This document shows, piece after piece, positions 30,417 to 39,371 of a stretch of 39,376 nucleotides of DNA. Each line of letters begins with the position of its first letter. Position 1 is the stretch's first letter. A program made the translations under genes and the position numbers. Under the pieces are notes generated by a model. It worked only from the letters and a program-made list of their open reading frames with translations, did not search any database and had not been told where the DNA came from. The DNA is from a plasmid. The stretch lies in the sequence record NZ_CP096967.1, one strand, 5' to 3'.

Positions 30417-30670
30417 TTTTCCCTAAAGTTTTTTGGTATCATAATAATGTTCTCTTATCGTCCATGCCGGGCAGAACCCGGAAAAGTACGGTATCAAATA
30501 CCTTCCCGGTTTCTCTCCAGTGCAGGCAGAAAAGGTATCAATTAGATGCAATCCTTTTGCCGATGGGCGGTAGTTCTTGAATGGTGTCGGTGTCTTTTCT
30601 TTTATGATGCAGCCGTTTTCCTGTATTCAAGTATAGAGAGAAACGACACAAAGAACTTTAGGGAAAAGAA
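30417..30670 (-). repeat. Solo copy D of the ~250-bp module M, bounded by inverted 14-mers
   Basis: TTTTCCCTAAAGTT at 30417, its reverse complement at 30653-30666. The interior is identical to module M of the full copies. AT microsatellite on both sides. Confidence 0.85.
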
Positions 30671-30727
30671 ATAGTAACGCTGTCTTTATCACTAAAATTA
30701 TATATATCAATATTATATATACATATA

Positions 30728-31084
30728 TTATTTGATTGACATCAACTTACGCCAAGTAACATTCAATTTATCTTGCATAATTACATAGTCTGCCATTTTC
30801 TTTTCTACCTCATTAAGAACCTCTTGATTAACTTCTTCCTTATGAATATTTACATACCTAGCCAACTGATTTATATTATTTCCTATACGTTTCATTTCCA
30901 AACAAATTTCATCCATCGAACGAATAAATTCTTTAGGGTCAATAAGACCAACTCCTTTCCTAAAGACTCTCTGTCTAAAATAATCTGACATACATTTGCT
31001 AGATTTAGAAGCTTTAGTTAGTTCTTCATATTCTAAATTCGTTAAGCGAACTTTCACTATTCTATCTCTTTTATTTGCTTTCAT
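30728..31084 (-). CDS. MobC-family relaxosome accessory protein (MobA-like)
   Basis: MKANKRDRIVKVRLTNLEYEEL..., a ribbon-helix-helix-type mobilisation protein located upstream of the relaxase. Confidence 0.7.
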   Translation of the reverse strand: MKANKRDRIVKVRLTNLEYEELTKASKSSKCMSDYFRQRVFRKGVGLIDPKEFIRSMDEICLEMKRIGNNINQLARYVNIHKEEVNQEVLNEVEKKMADYVIMQDKLNVTWRKLMSIK

Positions 31085-31089
31085 ACTAT

Positions 31090-31200
31090 GATACTAAATA
31101 ATATATGCCCCCAAGTTGCGAGGGGGCTAAACTCCTGATTTATCAGGCAAGATTTGGTTTTTGTGGACACAAAAACACATCTTGCTATTAATTTCTACAA
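31090..31200 (-). promoter_or_regulatory. Candidate oriT / mob promoter region
   Basis: GCCCCC-aagttgcga-GGGGGC hairpin plus an imperfect 18-bp inverted repeat CAAGATTTGGTTTTTGTG / CACAAAAACACATCTTG, immediately upstream of the mobA-like gene. Confidence 0.4.
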
Positions 31201-31265
31201 ACGCAAATATATAAATTACTAAACACCCTCCCAAACAAAAGGGAAAAAAATACAATTAGATAAGT

Positions 31266-31770
31266 TTTTTTGGTATCATAATAATGTTCTCTTATCGTCC
31301 ATGCCGGGCAGAACCCGGAAAAGTACGGTATCAAATACCTTCCCGGTTTCTCTCCAGTGCAGGCAGAAAAGGTATCAATTAGATGCAATCCTTTTGCTGA
31401 TGGGCGATAGTTCCTGAATGGTGTCGGTATCGTTTCTTTTATGATGCAGCCGTTTTTCTGTATTCAGATATAGAGAGAAACGACACAAAGAACTTTAGGG
31501 AAAAGAAGATTCTTCGTGTTGCTCTTTCTGGAAGTGGAGTATATTAATCATATATTATATGTTTATAGGTTCATATATTATATATTCATATATTATTTAT
31601 ATATATAATATGGTATTTTGTTCCTGTTCTTTTTCCCTAATGTTTTATGGTATCAATTTTTTGCGTCCGGCTTCCGACTGCTTTTTGTATTTGGTATCAA
31701 AAAGGCGTTCTGCAGGGTGTACCAGGAATGATAATTCGGTATCAATTTCTTTCCCTACAGTATATCAAAA
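31266..31770 (-). repeat. Composite repeat copy C (M - microsatellite - G; lacks module P and has a 56-bp deletion between two GGTATCA repeats)
   Basis: Reverse-complement match to copy A at 12512-13060. Confidence 0.9.
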
Positions 31771-31775
31771 AAGCA

Positions 31776-32190
31776 TAGGGACAAAAACCCAACTTTTTAA
31801 AATATGGTTTTTTTAGATAGGGACAAAAACCCAACTTTTGATTGATTAGTTGTATCATATAGCGTCTTTTTTTGTTAATAGATGTTCTTTTCCCTAAAGT
31901 TCGTGTTAAGATTATGAGAAAAGTTCCTTTTTTATGGGTTTATGTAATAAGAAAAGTTCCTTTTTTGTATTTGGTATGATTATCAGGTTTTTTTTTATCA
32001 GCTAGTGATGGTAGTACCCTTAAAAATGGAAGGGTAACTATTTGAAAAACAACAGATAATGGTAAAAAATCAGGGACAAAAACCCAACTTCTTAGGGACA
32101 AAAACCCAACTTCTTAGGGACAAAAACCCAACTTCTTAGGGACAAAAACCCAACTTTTAGACCCCTCCTAGGGACAAAAACCCAACTTTT
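31776..32190. promoter_or_regulatory. Iteron-type origin region (oriV candidate)
   Basis: Seven copies of the 22-bp TAGGGACAAAAACCCAACTTYT at 31776, 31818, 32071, 32093, 32115, 32137 and 32169. An AT-rich stretch and a 2x AGAAAAGTTCCTTTTTT direct repeat lie between them. The last iteron overlaps the rep stop codon. Confidence 0.65.
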
Positions 32191-33346
32191 ATTCATCTTC
32201 TTTTTCTTCTCCAATCATTCCGGGGAGTATTTCTACTTCTTTTAATAATACGGATAAACAATATTCTGCTTTATTTGAAATTTTATTCCAGTTATCTCTA
32301 ACATATTCGCCTAGATAAAGCATCTTAGTTACTACTGCTTTATAGTTGCTTAATGTAATCTGTGGAATAAACTGCTGCAAATGTTCGTCCTTCATTGCAA
32401 AGTGCAAAGAACAAAAATTCGTTATCATCTTCTTTTGTCCTTTTAATAGTTCTTCTTCCTTCTTTGATAATGCAGACTTAATAACTTTGAAATTAAGTTT
32501 ATAAGGCTGTGTATCGCCTGAATTACGATAAACTTCTGCCATTTCAAACCAGCAATCAGCCTGTTCAAACAAATCATCGTAAACAGGGCGTATTACACGT
32601 TTATACAAATCTTTAAATTCGGGGTATTTATCTTCTAATTTTAAGAATTTCCGAAATCTATCCACATAAATAGAAAAACCACCTTTTTCTTTCCATGAGC
32701 TAATCAGCATATACATTCTTATTGTATATCTACTTTGCGCTCTTAAAGCTATCTCTTTTATATAGCGTGTAAAACCTCTATCAACATTAATGAAAACTTT
32801 AGCAACCTCTCTATCCATTTCTAAAGAAAAACCTCTTGAATAAGGAGTTTTAGGTATATTTGCCTTAGTGAATAAACCAGTAATAGACCAACTATCCTCA
32901 CCTGTTATTGGGTCTTTAACATCAAGCTCTACAGGAATACTGATTAATTTACGAACCATGCTTTTTACTTCCTTGTATTGGTCTGGATTAACGCCCAAAT
33001 CCCGATATGCGATATCTACTCTTATACGGTCTGAATATTCTTGAAATAAAGATAATTGCTCGCATGGAATAGATGTACCATATTTATCTAGATGCTGAAT
33101 ACTTAATTCTATGACATCCTGTAATTTCTCTATAACAGCAATTAAGATTCTAATCTGTACTGTCTTAAAATCACCAGCCATTAATGTAACTACATTAGGT
33201 TGTTTCAGCCATGTGGGATTTTCTGGGAGTTTCACAGGAAGATTTGTACGAGGATGCCCTTTCCTAATTCTAACAATCTCACCGTCTATTTCTTCTTTTT
33301 CTTCTTTCACCGCACGTTTTCGGGCTTTTATTTCTCTATTTACCAT
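32189..33346 (-). CDS. Plasmid replication initiator protein (iteron-binding Rep)
   Basis: 385 aa with a basic N-terminus; its gene abuts the iteron array. Confidence 0.65.
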   Translation of the reverse strand: MVNREIKARKRAVKEEKEEIDGEIVRIRKGHPRTNLPVKLPENPTWLKQPNVVTLMAGDFKTVQIRILIAVIEKLQDVIELSIQHLDKYGTSIPCEQLSLFQEYSDRIRVDIAYRDLGVNPDQYKEVKSMVRKLISIPVELDVKDPITGEDSWSITGLFTKANIPKTPYSRGFSLEMDREVAKVFINVDRGFTRYIKEIALRAQSRYTIRMYMLISSWKEKGGFSIYVDRFRKFLKLEDKYPEFKDLYKRVIRPVYDDLFEQADCWFEMAEVYRNSGDTQPYKLNFKVIKSALSKKEEELLKGQKKMITNFCSLHFAMKDEHLQQFIPQITLSNYKAVVTKMLYLGEYVRDNWNKISNKAEYCLSVLLKEVEILPGMIGEEKEDE

Positions 33347-33508
33347 CGTTTATTATTTTGACTGATTAATACTCCAAAAAAAAGTAGAATAAAGAACACA
33401 AACATAAACTTGGCTATATAAAATAGCCCTATGAAAATCATTCTAAAAATAGCAATGATAATTTCTAATAGATTTCTTATTATGTTCCTCCAGTCCATTT
33501 TCTTTGTT

Positions 33509-33721
33509 TTATAATTCCTGTCGCCAAAGCTCCGGCTGCACTATTGTATAACCAGCACTTTGCAAATATACTCTTTTAAATTCATCGGGCAACGTTCCTT
33601 CAAGGAATTGCTTTTTATGCCTTGATGCAGTTCGGCGGTCATATGGACTATTTTTAGACCAACCTCTTTTAAGAATTAGTTCCTTAAAGCATTCATCTAA
33701 TGTTTTTGCTTTATCTATCAT
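33509..33721 (-). CDS. Hypothetical protein
   Basis: ORF in the rep-upstream operon. Confidence 0.3.
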   Translation of the reverse strand: MIDKAKTLDECFKELILKRGWSKNSPYDRRTASRHKKQFLEGTLPDEFKRVYLQSAGYTIVQPELWRQEL

Positions 33722-34193
33722 AATCTTTTCGTAAAGAAATTATAGGGTTTTTCATCCCTTTATACGTTTCACAAGGATTTCCTAACAGTTCGCACATAAC
33801 AAAATGTACAATTTTTCCTTCATCCAATGATAAATTCGATTTATTTGCTAATTCTACAACTAATGTATATTGATAACTATAGTTCTCAACAACAATTTCT
33901 TTTTCATTGGAAACTTCATTGTAAATCTTTCTATACTTATGCCATAAAGACGTATTAAAAAGTTCTACCGTAAGAAAATTGTTTACCTGCTCTGTTGTAT
34001 AGTCTTCTGGCAAACGTTTCCCTGTAAGTCTATAAACAGCCTCCATTTTTGCTTTTTTTCCTACAAACTTTTTTTTCCCAATCATCTGACAAGAAGGAAG
34101 TTCAACCCTAGATATAAAAGGCTTCAAATCTGACACCCTACGATATACCTTATATTCAATAAACATTCTATCTATATTTTGATTATATGACAT
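33711..34193 (-). CDS. Hypothetical protein
   Basis: ORF in the rep-upstream operon. Confidence 0.3.
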   Translation of the reverse strand: MSYNQNIDRMFIEYKVYRRVSDLKPFISRVELPSCQMIGKKKFVGKKAKMEAVYRLTGKRLPEDYTTEQVNNFLTVELFNTSLWHKYRKIYNEVSNEKEIVVENYSYQYTLVVELANKSNLSLDEGKIVHFVMCELLGNPCETYKGMKNPIISLRKDYDR

Positions 34194-34226
34194 CTATTCC
34201 CTTTCACACTATTCGAAAAATTATGG

Positions 34227-34544
34227 TCATTTATCCCAATCATAATTATCGTAATCTATTTCCTTTCCTGTAGCATGGCATTCAGCCACATAATCAGCCC
34301 ATTTTTTTCGCTTCGTCACATCAAAAGGCATACGTAGAAACTCATCCTTCCAAGGCTGTATAAAGTAATCAAAATCGTGTTTGTTCGTTACATACTGAAC
34401 AGCATCTCTAATGGCGTTATACTCATATCCTTCTTTCAACAATGGTTCGTCACCCAGTTTAGAGTATATGTTTGCCACTTCCCGAAGCATCTTTGCAAAT
34501 TCTTTGTATGTGGCAAAATTCTTTTCTTTTTTATCCATAATCAT
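34227..34544 (-). CDS. Hypothetical protein
   Basis: ORF in the rep-upstream operon. Confidence 0.3.
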   Translation of the reverse strand: MIMDKKEKNFATYKEFAKMLREVANIYSKLGDEPLLKEGYEYNAIRDAVQYVTNKHDFDYFIQPWKDEFLRMPFDVTKRKKWADYVAECHATGKEIDYDNYDWDK

Positions 34545-34562
34545 TCTTTTTTGTTTTGAGTA

Positions 34563-34781
34563 TTAATTTTTTTCGATGAAAGTATTGGTTGTATTCAACA
34601 CCCCGGCTGAATCTCGACTTTTGCCATCTCTTATGAAGATTCCTTCTTCTTTCAACCGTTCATAATCAAATTCATTCATCATGATAATGACAATATTTTC
34701 ATTTGTATATAGCTTACACTTCATAAATTGAGTACCTTCTATTTTTCCAATTACGTCTATTTGGATTGTTCTTTCATTCAT
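34563..34781 (-). CDS. Hypothetical protein
   Basis: ORF in the rep-upstream operon. Confidence 0.3.
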   Translation of the reverse strand: MNERTIQIDVIGKIEGTQFMKCKLYTNENIVIIMMNEFDYERLKEEGIFIRDGKSRDSAGVLNTTNTFIEKN

Positions 34782-34960
34782 AATTCGTTTATTTATATAC
34801 AGTTATACGTTAATTTCTAATTTACCCCTATATTTGTTAATCCTTTCACATTTCTAATAATTAACTATCAATCTGTAGTTTTCTTCAATGCTTCAAAAGA
34901 AGACAAGTAATCATCAACAGCTTTATTTAACGCTGCATATTTATCTTTCCACGTTCTTAT

Positions 34961-35119
34961 TTACCGTTGTGTTTCAATATACCTATCATTCAAAGTTGCA
35001 TAATTCTGAATAGCAAATCTAATAGCTTTAGCATCTGTTTTTTCACCAGATAATTTTTTTAGATTTTCTAACTCCGCACAGGCTGCATCGTCTAAGCGTA
35101 ATGTAAACTCTTTTTTCAT
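34961..35119 (-). CDS. Ribbon-helix-helix protein (CopG/ParG/antitoxin-like), 52 aa; below the 60-aa ORF-track cutoff
   Basis: MKKEFTLRLDDAACAELENLKKLSGEKTDAKAIRFAIQNY... is a classic RHH N-terminus. First gene downstream of repeat copy E. Confidence 0.5.
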   Translation of the reverse strand: MKKEFTLRLDDAACAELENLKKLSGEKTDAKAIRFAIQNYATLNDRYIETQR

Positions 35120-35199
35120 AAAAAAATGATTAATGAATTAATACTGAAAAATAGCCCTAACAGTTGGCTACGAAATGGATTTAAGAAGCAATGTTTCAT

Positions 35200-35925
35200 G
35201 ATTTTGTTTGCTGTTCTTTATACTGGCAGCCAAACCAGCTTTAAAGGTTTGTTTATCTCTTTATTTTCAATACTCAAAGATAGTGATTTTCTATAAATGT
35301 CGCAAATAATAGGACAATTATTTTTGTTAAAAATAGTTTTAGGCTTATAGAGTGCCGAAGTTTTATTTTTCCCTAAAGTTTTTTGGTATCATAATAATGT
35401 TCTCTTATCGTCCATGCCGGGCAGAACCCGGAAAAGTACGGTATCAAATACCTTCCCGGTTTCTCTCCAGTGCTGATAGAAAAGGTATCAATTAGGTACA
35501 ATCCTTTTGCCGATGGGCGGCAGTTCCTGAATGGTGTCGGTGTCTTTTCTTTTATGATGCAGCCGTTTTCCTGTATTCAGGTATAGAGAGAAACGACACA
35601 AGGAACTTTAGGGAAAAGAAGATTCTTCGTGTTGCTCTTTCTGGAAGTGGAGTATATTAATCACATATTATATATTGTTTATTTATATATTATATATTCA
35701 TATATTATTTATATATATAATATGGTATTCTGTTCCTGTTCTTTTCCCCTAATGTTTTATGGTATCAATTCTTTGCGTCCGGCTTCCGGCAGCTTTTTGT
35801 ATTTGGTATCAAAAGGTTGTTCTGTAGGGTGTGCCAGGAATGATAATTCGGTATCATTTCATCATGCCATGTTTGCCCATCAGTGCCGGAACTCCGAAAA
35901 GTACGGTATCAATTTCTTTCCCTAT
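35200..35925 (-). repeat. Composite repeat, full copy E (P - M - microsatellite - G), inverted relative to copy A
   Basis: Reverse-complement match to copy A at 12512-13241. Confidence 0.9.
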
Positions 35926-36192
35926 AGTTCTTATTGGGTTAGACAACAAGACGCATTAAAATGTATTCTCAAAGTGAGAATGTATTTTAATTTGCGTCAT
36001 GTTTCCGCTTCTGCAATGCTTACTAAAGTGGAGTTACCTAAAAGGTAGTGGAACTTTACTAAGGATTGCAGAAGGGATAAAGAAACATACCTTAGAAGGG
36101 TGGGTGGGTTTACCGATAGCAAAACTATTGGAGCGTAACAAAGTGAAGCGATTAAGCCTTTTTGGTTCTTTTTTGGCGTTTGAAAAAAGAAC

Positions 36193-36216
36193 TCCCCCCC
36201 CAATAAGGGGGGAAGG
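36193..36216 (-). terminator. Terminator of the ardC-like gene
   Basis: CCCCCCC-aataa-GGGGGG hairpin followed by a T-run on the minus strand. Confidence 0.5.
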
Positions 36217-36221
36217 AACCT

Positions 36222-37232
36222 TTAAGCAACCTTTGTATTTTTCTCTTCTTCAACTTCTTCCACATCTAGCCTTATATTTAGATGCTGGGCTATGAATTTA
36301 CTACCTTTAATAGCATCTGCCAATACAGTAAATAAAAATTTAGGTTCTTCTTTTATTGCTTTGCACCATGATTTTAAATAAGCCGCATTTTCTTCTCTGA
36401 CGGTTACAGAAATACCCAAATATACACCAGACAAAGCCGATATTAATTCTGCTACAAGTTCTTCACGCCCATAATTGAATTTATCATTTTCATAAAATCC
36501 TTTTCGATTTAGTCTATTTTTAACACCTGTACTATGTCCCATTTCATGTAATTCTGTACCATAAAAACTTTCTCCGTCCTTAAATTGGCTCTTTAAAGGT
36601 AAAGTAATGCTATCATTTGATATTGAATAAAACGCACTATCACTAGAAACCGTTTGAATAGGACATACCCAATTTTGATTCTTATTCATTTCATCAAGTA
36701 TTGGATTTACATACATTTCTTTCTCTTCTTGTGGCTGTTCCTCTCCTGAAAATTTAGCCTTTAATATATCCCATCTATTGGGATATTTTTCCGCAAAGTT
36801 TGTTTGGTCTAAATTAAAAACTTGGAAATATTTTGTATAAGCTGCTAAACGGTATTCTTTTTGTTCTTCTTCCGATAATTTGTTATATTCATCATATGAA
36901 ATTTTTTCATTTGTCTGACGATGATAAGCACAAAATAATGTATAATAAACAGGAAAAGCAACAGCACCTTTTAGAACATTAATACCTTCGTTTCGTGCTT
37001 GATTGAATGTCAAAAAAACAGGAGTTTGATAATTATATTTTTCACACAAAAAATAAAGTAAAAAAGCGTTTCCACCACTATAAGTACGACCTGTTAAATT
37101 TTGTGGTAAAAAGTTCTGTTTAGAGTTGACTTTAGAGAACCAAGGTTTTTGCCAATTCATAGACAAACTTTCAATTTTTTCAACCATAAGGTTTACAAAC
37201 TTCTCTGCATTTTTATCAAAAGTAGATTTCAT
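36222..37232 (-). CDS. ardC: ArdC-like antirestriction protein (N-terminal ssDNA-binding domain plus C-terminal zincin)
   Basis: C-terminal metalloprotease motif GTELHEMGHSTG; size and architecture match ArdC. Confidence 0.65.
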   Translation of the reverse strand: MKSTFDKNAEKFVNLMVEKIESLSMNWQKPWFSKVNSKQNFLPQNLTGRTYSGGNAFLLYFLCEKYNYQTPVFLTFNQARNEGINVLKGAVAFPVYYTLFCAYHRQTNEKISYDEYNKLSEEEQKEYRLAAYTKYFQVFNLDQTNFAEKYPNRWDILKAKFSGEEQPQEEKEMYVNPILDEMNKNQNWVCPIQTVSSDSAFYSISNDSITLPLKSQFKDGESFYGTELHEMGHSTGVKNRLNRKGFYENDKFNYGREELVAELISALSGVYLGISVTVREENAAYLKSWCKAIKEEPKFLFTVLADAIKGSKFIAQHLNIRLDVEEVEEEKNTKVA

Positions 37233-37233
37233 A

Positions 37234-37372
37234 ATTTTGTTTGCTGTTCTTTATACTGGCAGCCAAACCAGCTTTAAAGTTTATTTATCTCTTTATTTTC
37301 AATACTCAAAGATAGTAATTTTCTATAAATGTCGCAAATAATAAGACAATTATTTTTGTTAAAAATAGTTTA
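37234..37372 (-). repeat. Solo copy F of promoter/leader module P, immediately upstream of ardC
   Basis: Matches 13086-13241 (reverse complement) and 35200-35360. Followed by the 14-mer at 37401. Confidence 0.85.
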
Positions 37373-37655
37373 TAACTGGCTGATTTTTAACGTATTATCT
37401 TTTCCCTAAAGTTTTATATATTTTGGGTGAGAGATAAGGTTTTATAAACGGAATATTCCCTTTAGGGAACATGAAGTCTATAAAACCGAATATCCAATGC
37501 CTTGCTTTTGTAGGTGCTTCATAGAAGCGGTGAAAAAAGCAAAGCATTGGATATACCTTAGAAGGGTGGGTGGGAAAATGCGTTAGGGATTGCAGCGGAA
37601 AGCCCACAGCGTAGCGAGGACTTGCAGCGAAAAGCCCGACCTGAAAGGTAACGCC

Positions 37656-38264
37656 CTATTTATTTCTTCTATTCATCAATCTTACTTTTTCATAACGTAA
37701 ATACCTATACAAAGTAGCCTTACTTCCAATGTGTAAAATTCTACATATTTCATCTATAGAATAATCCCGATTTTCATATAAACGCTTTGCTGCTATAGCT
37801 TTTCTCTTTGCATCTTCCGATAACCCTATAGGTCGTCCCGTAAGTTTCCCTCGTTCTTTTGCAGCTTGTAATCCAGCCCTAGTTCGTTCTACTATTATTT
37901 CACGTTCATATTCAGCCAATGAAGCAAAAATTCCAAATTGACATCTTCCTAGAGCACTATTAGTATCAATACCATCAACTATGCTTTTGAATGCAACTTT
38001 TCTTTTCTGCAAACAATCAACTATATAAACTAAATCTTTCAAAGAACGTCCTAATCTATCTAGCTTCCAGATAACAAAAGTATCACCTTCTCGCAAATAT
38101 GCAAGGGCTTTATCTAATTCGGGTCTATCCTTTACTCCTGATACTTTTTCCTCAAATATAAGTTTGCATCCGGCTTCTTTTAAAGCATCTAGCTGCAAAT
38201 CTAAATTCTGTTCCCTCGTTGAAACACGAGCGTAGCCTATTATCTCCATTTTATTTAAATCCAA
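37656..38264 (-). CDS. Small serine recombinase (resolvase/invertase family)
   Basis: N-terminal catalytic YARVSTREQ; C-terminal HTH; 202 aa. Confidence 0.85.
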   Translation of the reverse strand: MDLNKMEIIGYARVSTREQNLDLQLDALKEAGCKLIFEEKVSGVKDRPELDKALAYLREGDTFVIWKLDRLGRSLKDLVYIVDCLQKRKVAFKSIVDGIDTNSALGRCQFGIFASLAEYEREIIVERTRAGLQAAKERGKLTGRPIGLSEDAKRKAIAAKRLYENRDYSIDEICRILHIGSKATLYRYLRYEKVRLMNRRNK

Positions 38265-38394
38265 GTTTCATAAATTCAACTATTCGCGAAACTATTTTAA
38301 ACTAGGGCTTTTTCCCCTGTTATTACCTCTAGTACTATTATAAATCAAAAGTACAGAAAAAGGGTCGATTAATGAAACTTTTAAATTTAAGAAT

Positions 38395-38736
38395 ATGAGT
38401 TATTCACAATTTATCATGGCTGTATTTGCCATTTATGTAGTTTACTACGCTGCAAACATCCTGTATGATGCTTTCCTAAAGCAAAGCAAAACCAATACAG
38501 GTGAAGAAGAAGAGATTATTTCAATAGGAGAGGAAGAAGAAATACCTCACAAAGTTGTAGATGAAGATTTTGAAACAGGCTCATACGAAAAAGAGGATGA
38601 AAAAAAAGAATCTGAACAGAATTATGTATCTGTAAATGAATCTATTGAAATGGAAGTTGAAACACAAGGTATTCCAATGGAACAACTTCTTGCTAAAGGG
38701 AAAAGCATGTTTTCACACGTAAATTTTAACAAATAA
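38395..38736 (+). CDS. Small membrane protein (TraD-position), hypothetical
   Basis: N-terminal TM segment and an acidic tail; precedes traE. Confidence 0.35.
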   Translation: MSYSQFIMAVFAIYVVYYAANILYDAFLKQSKTNTGEEEEIISIGEEEEIPHKVVDEDFETGSYEKEDEKKESEQNYVSVNESIEMEVETQGIPMEQLLAKGKSMFSHVNFNK

Positions 38737-38755
38737 ACAACTAATTTTTATTCAA

Positions 38756-39070
38756 ATGAAAAAGTTTTTTTCAAAAATTGCTCAAAGAGCATTCGCTTTA
38801 GCCATTAGCATAATGGTAGTAACTAACACTTTTGCACAAGGTGCTGCGGGAATTGATGCAGCTAGTTCTGAACTTGCAACCTACATGGACCCCCTAGGAA
38901 ACATGATGATGATACTAGGAGGTCTAGTAGGATTAGTTGGAGCAGTGCGAGTTTATTTAAAATGGAACTCTGGTGACCAAGATGTACAAAAGGCTGTTAT
39001 GGGCTGGATGGGGTCATGTATCTTTCTGGTTGTATCAGGTGTTGTCGTAAAAGCATTCTTCGGAATCTAA
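38756..39070 (+). CDS. traE: TraE (VirB2-like pilin-type protein)
   Basis: Signal peptide plus two hydrophobic segments, 104 aa; position before traF-traG. Confidence 0.6.
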   Translation: MKKFFSKIAQRAFALAISIMVVTNTFAQGAAGIDAASSELATYMDPLGNMMMILGGLVGLVGAVRVYLKWNSGDQDVQKAVMGWMGSCIFLVVSGVVVKAFFGI

Positions 39071-39071
39071 T

Positions 39072-39371
39072 ATGTCGAAAGAGTATCCAAGTTACAATGT
39101 ATATAAGGGGCTACAAAAGCCCCTTATTTTCAAAGGATTTAAAGGCAAGTTCATATATATCGGTGGAGCTTGTATTATTAGTGCTTTACTTTTATGTGCT
39201 ATTGTTTCTACTCTGGCTTCTTTTATGTGGGGAGGTATAACTCTTGTAATAGTTATGTTTGGAGGGTTAGGAATAACATCGCAATTACAAAGAAAAGGGC
39301 TTCACAGGAAAGATAAACGAAAAGGCATATATATAGTATCACGCACTTTTATAAGAGATAGAAAAAAATAA
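39072..39371 (+). CDS. traF: TraF (VirB3-like)
   Basis: 99 aa with two TM helices. Directly followed, across the window ends, by traG. Confidence 0.55.
   Translation: MSKEYPSYNVYKGLQKPLIFKGFKGKFIYIGGACIISALLLCAIVSTLASFMWGGITLVIVMFGGLGITSQLQRKGLHRKDKRKGIYIVSRTFIRDRKK

Noticed and set aside
32071-32190. Tandem 22-bp repeats that might suggest a CRISPR array
   Set aside because: The repeats are directly abutting with no spacers, are only 22 bp, and sit next to a Rep gene. They are iterons, not CRISPR.
35120-35196. 28-codon mini-ORF (MKHCFLNPFRSQLLGLFFSINSLIIFF) at the end of the P module of copy E
   Set aside because: Occupies the position where P meets a start codon, but is too short and hydrophobic to call. 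It may be a remnant or a leader peptide. Left unannotated.
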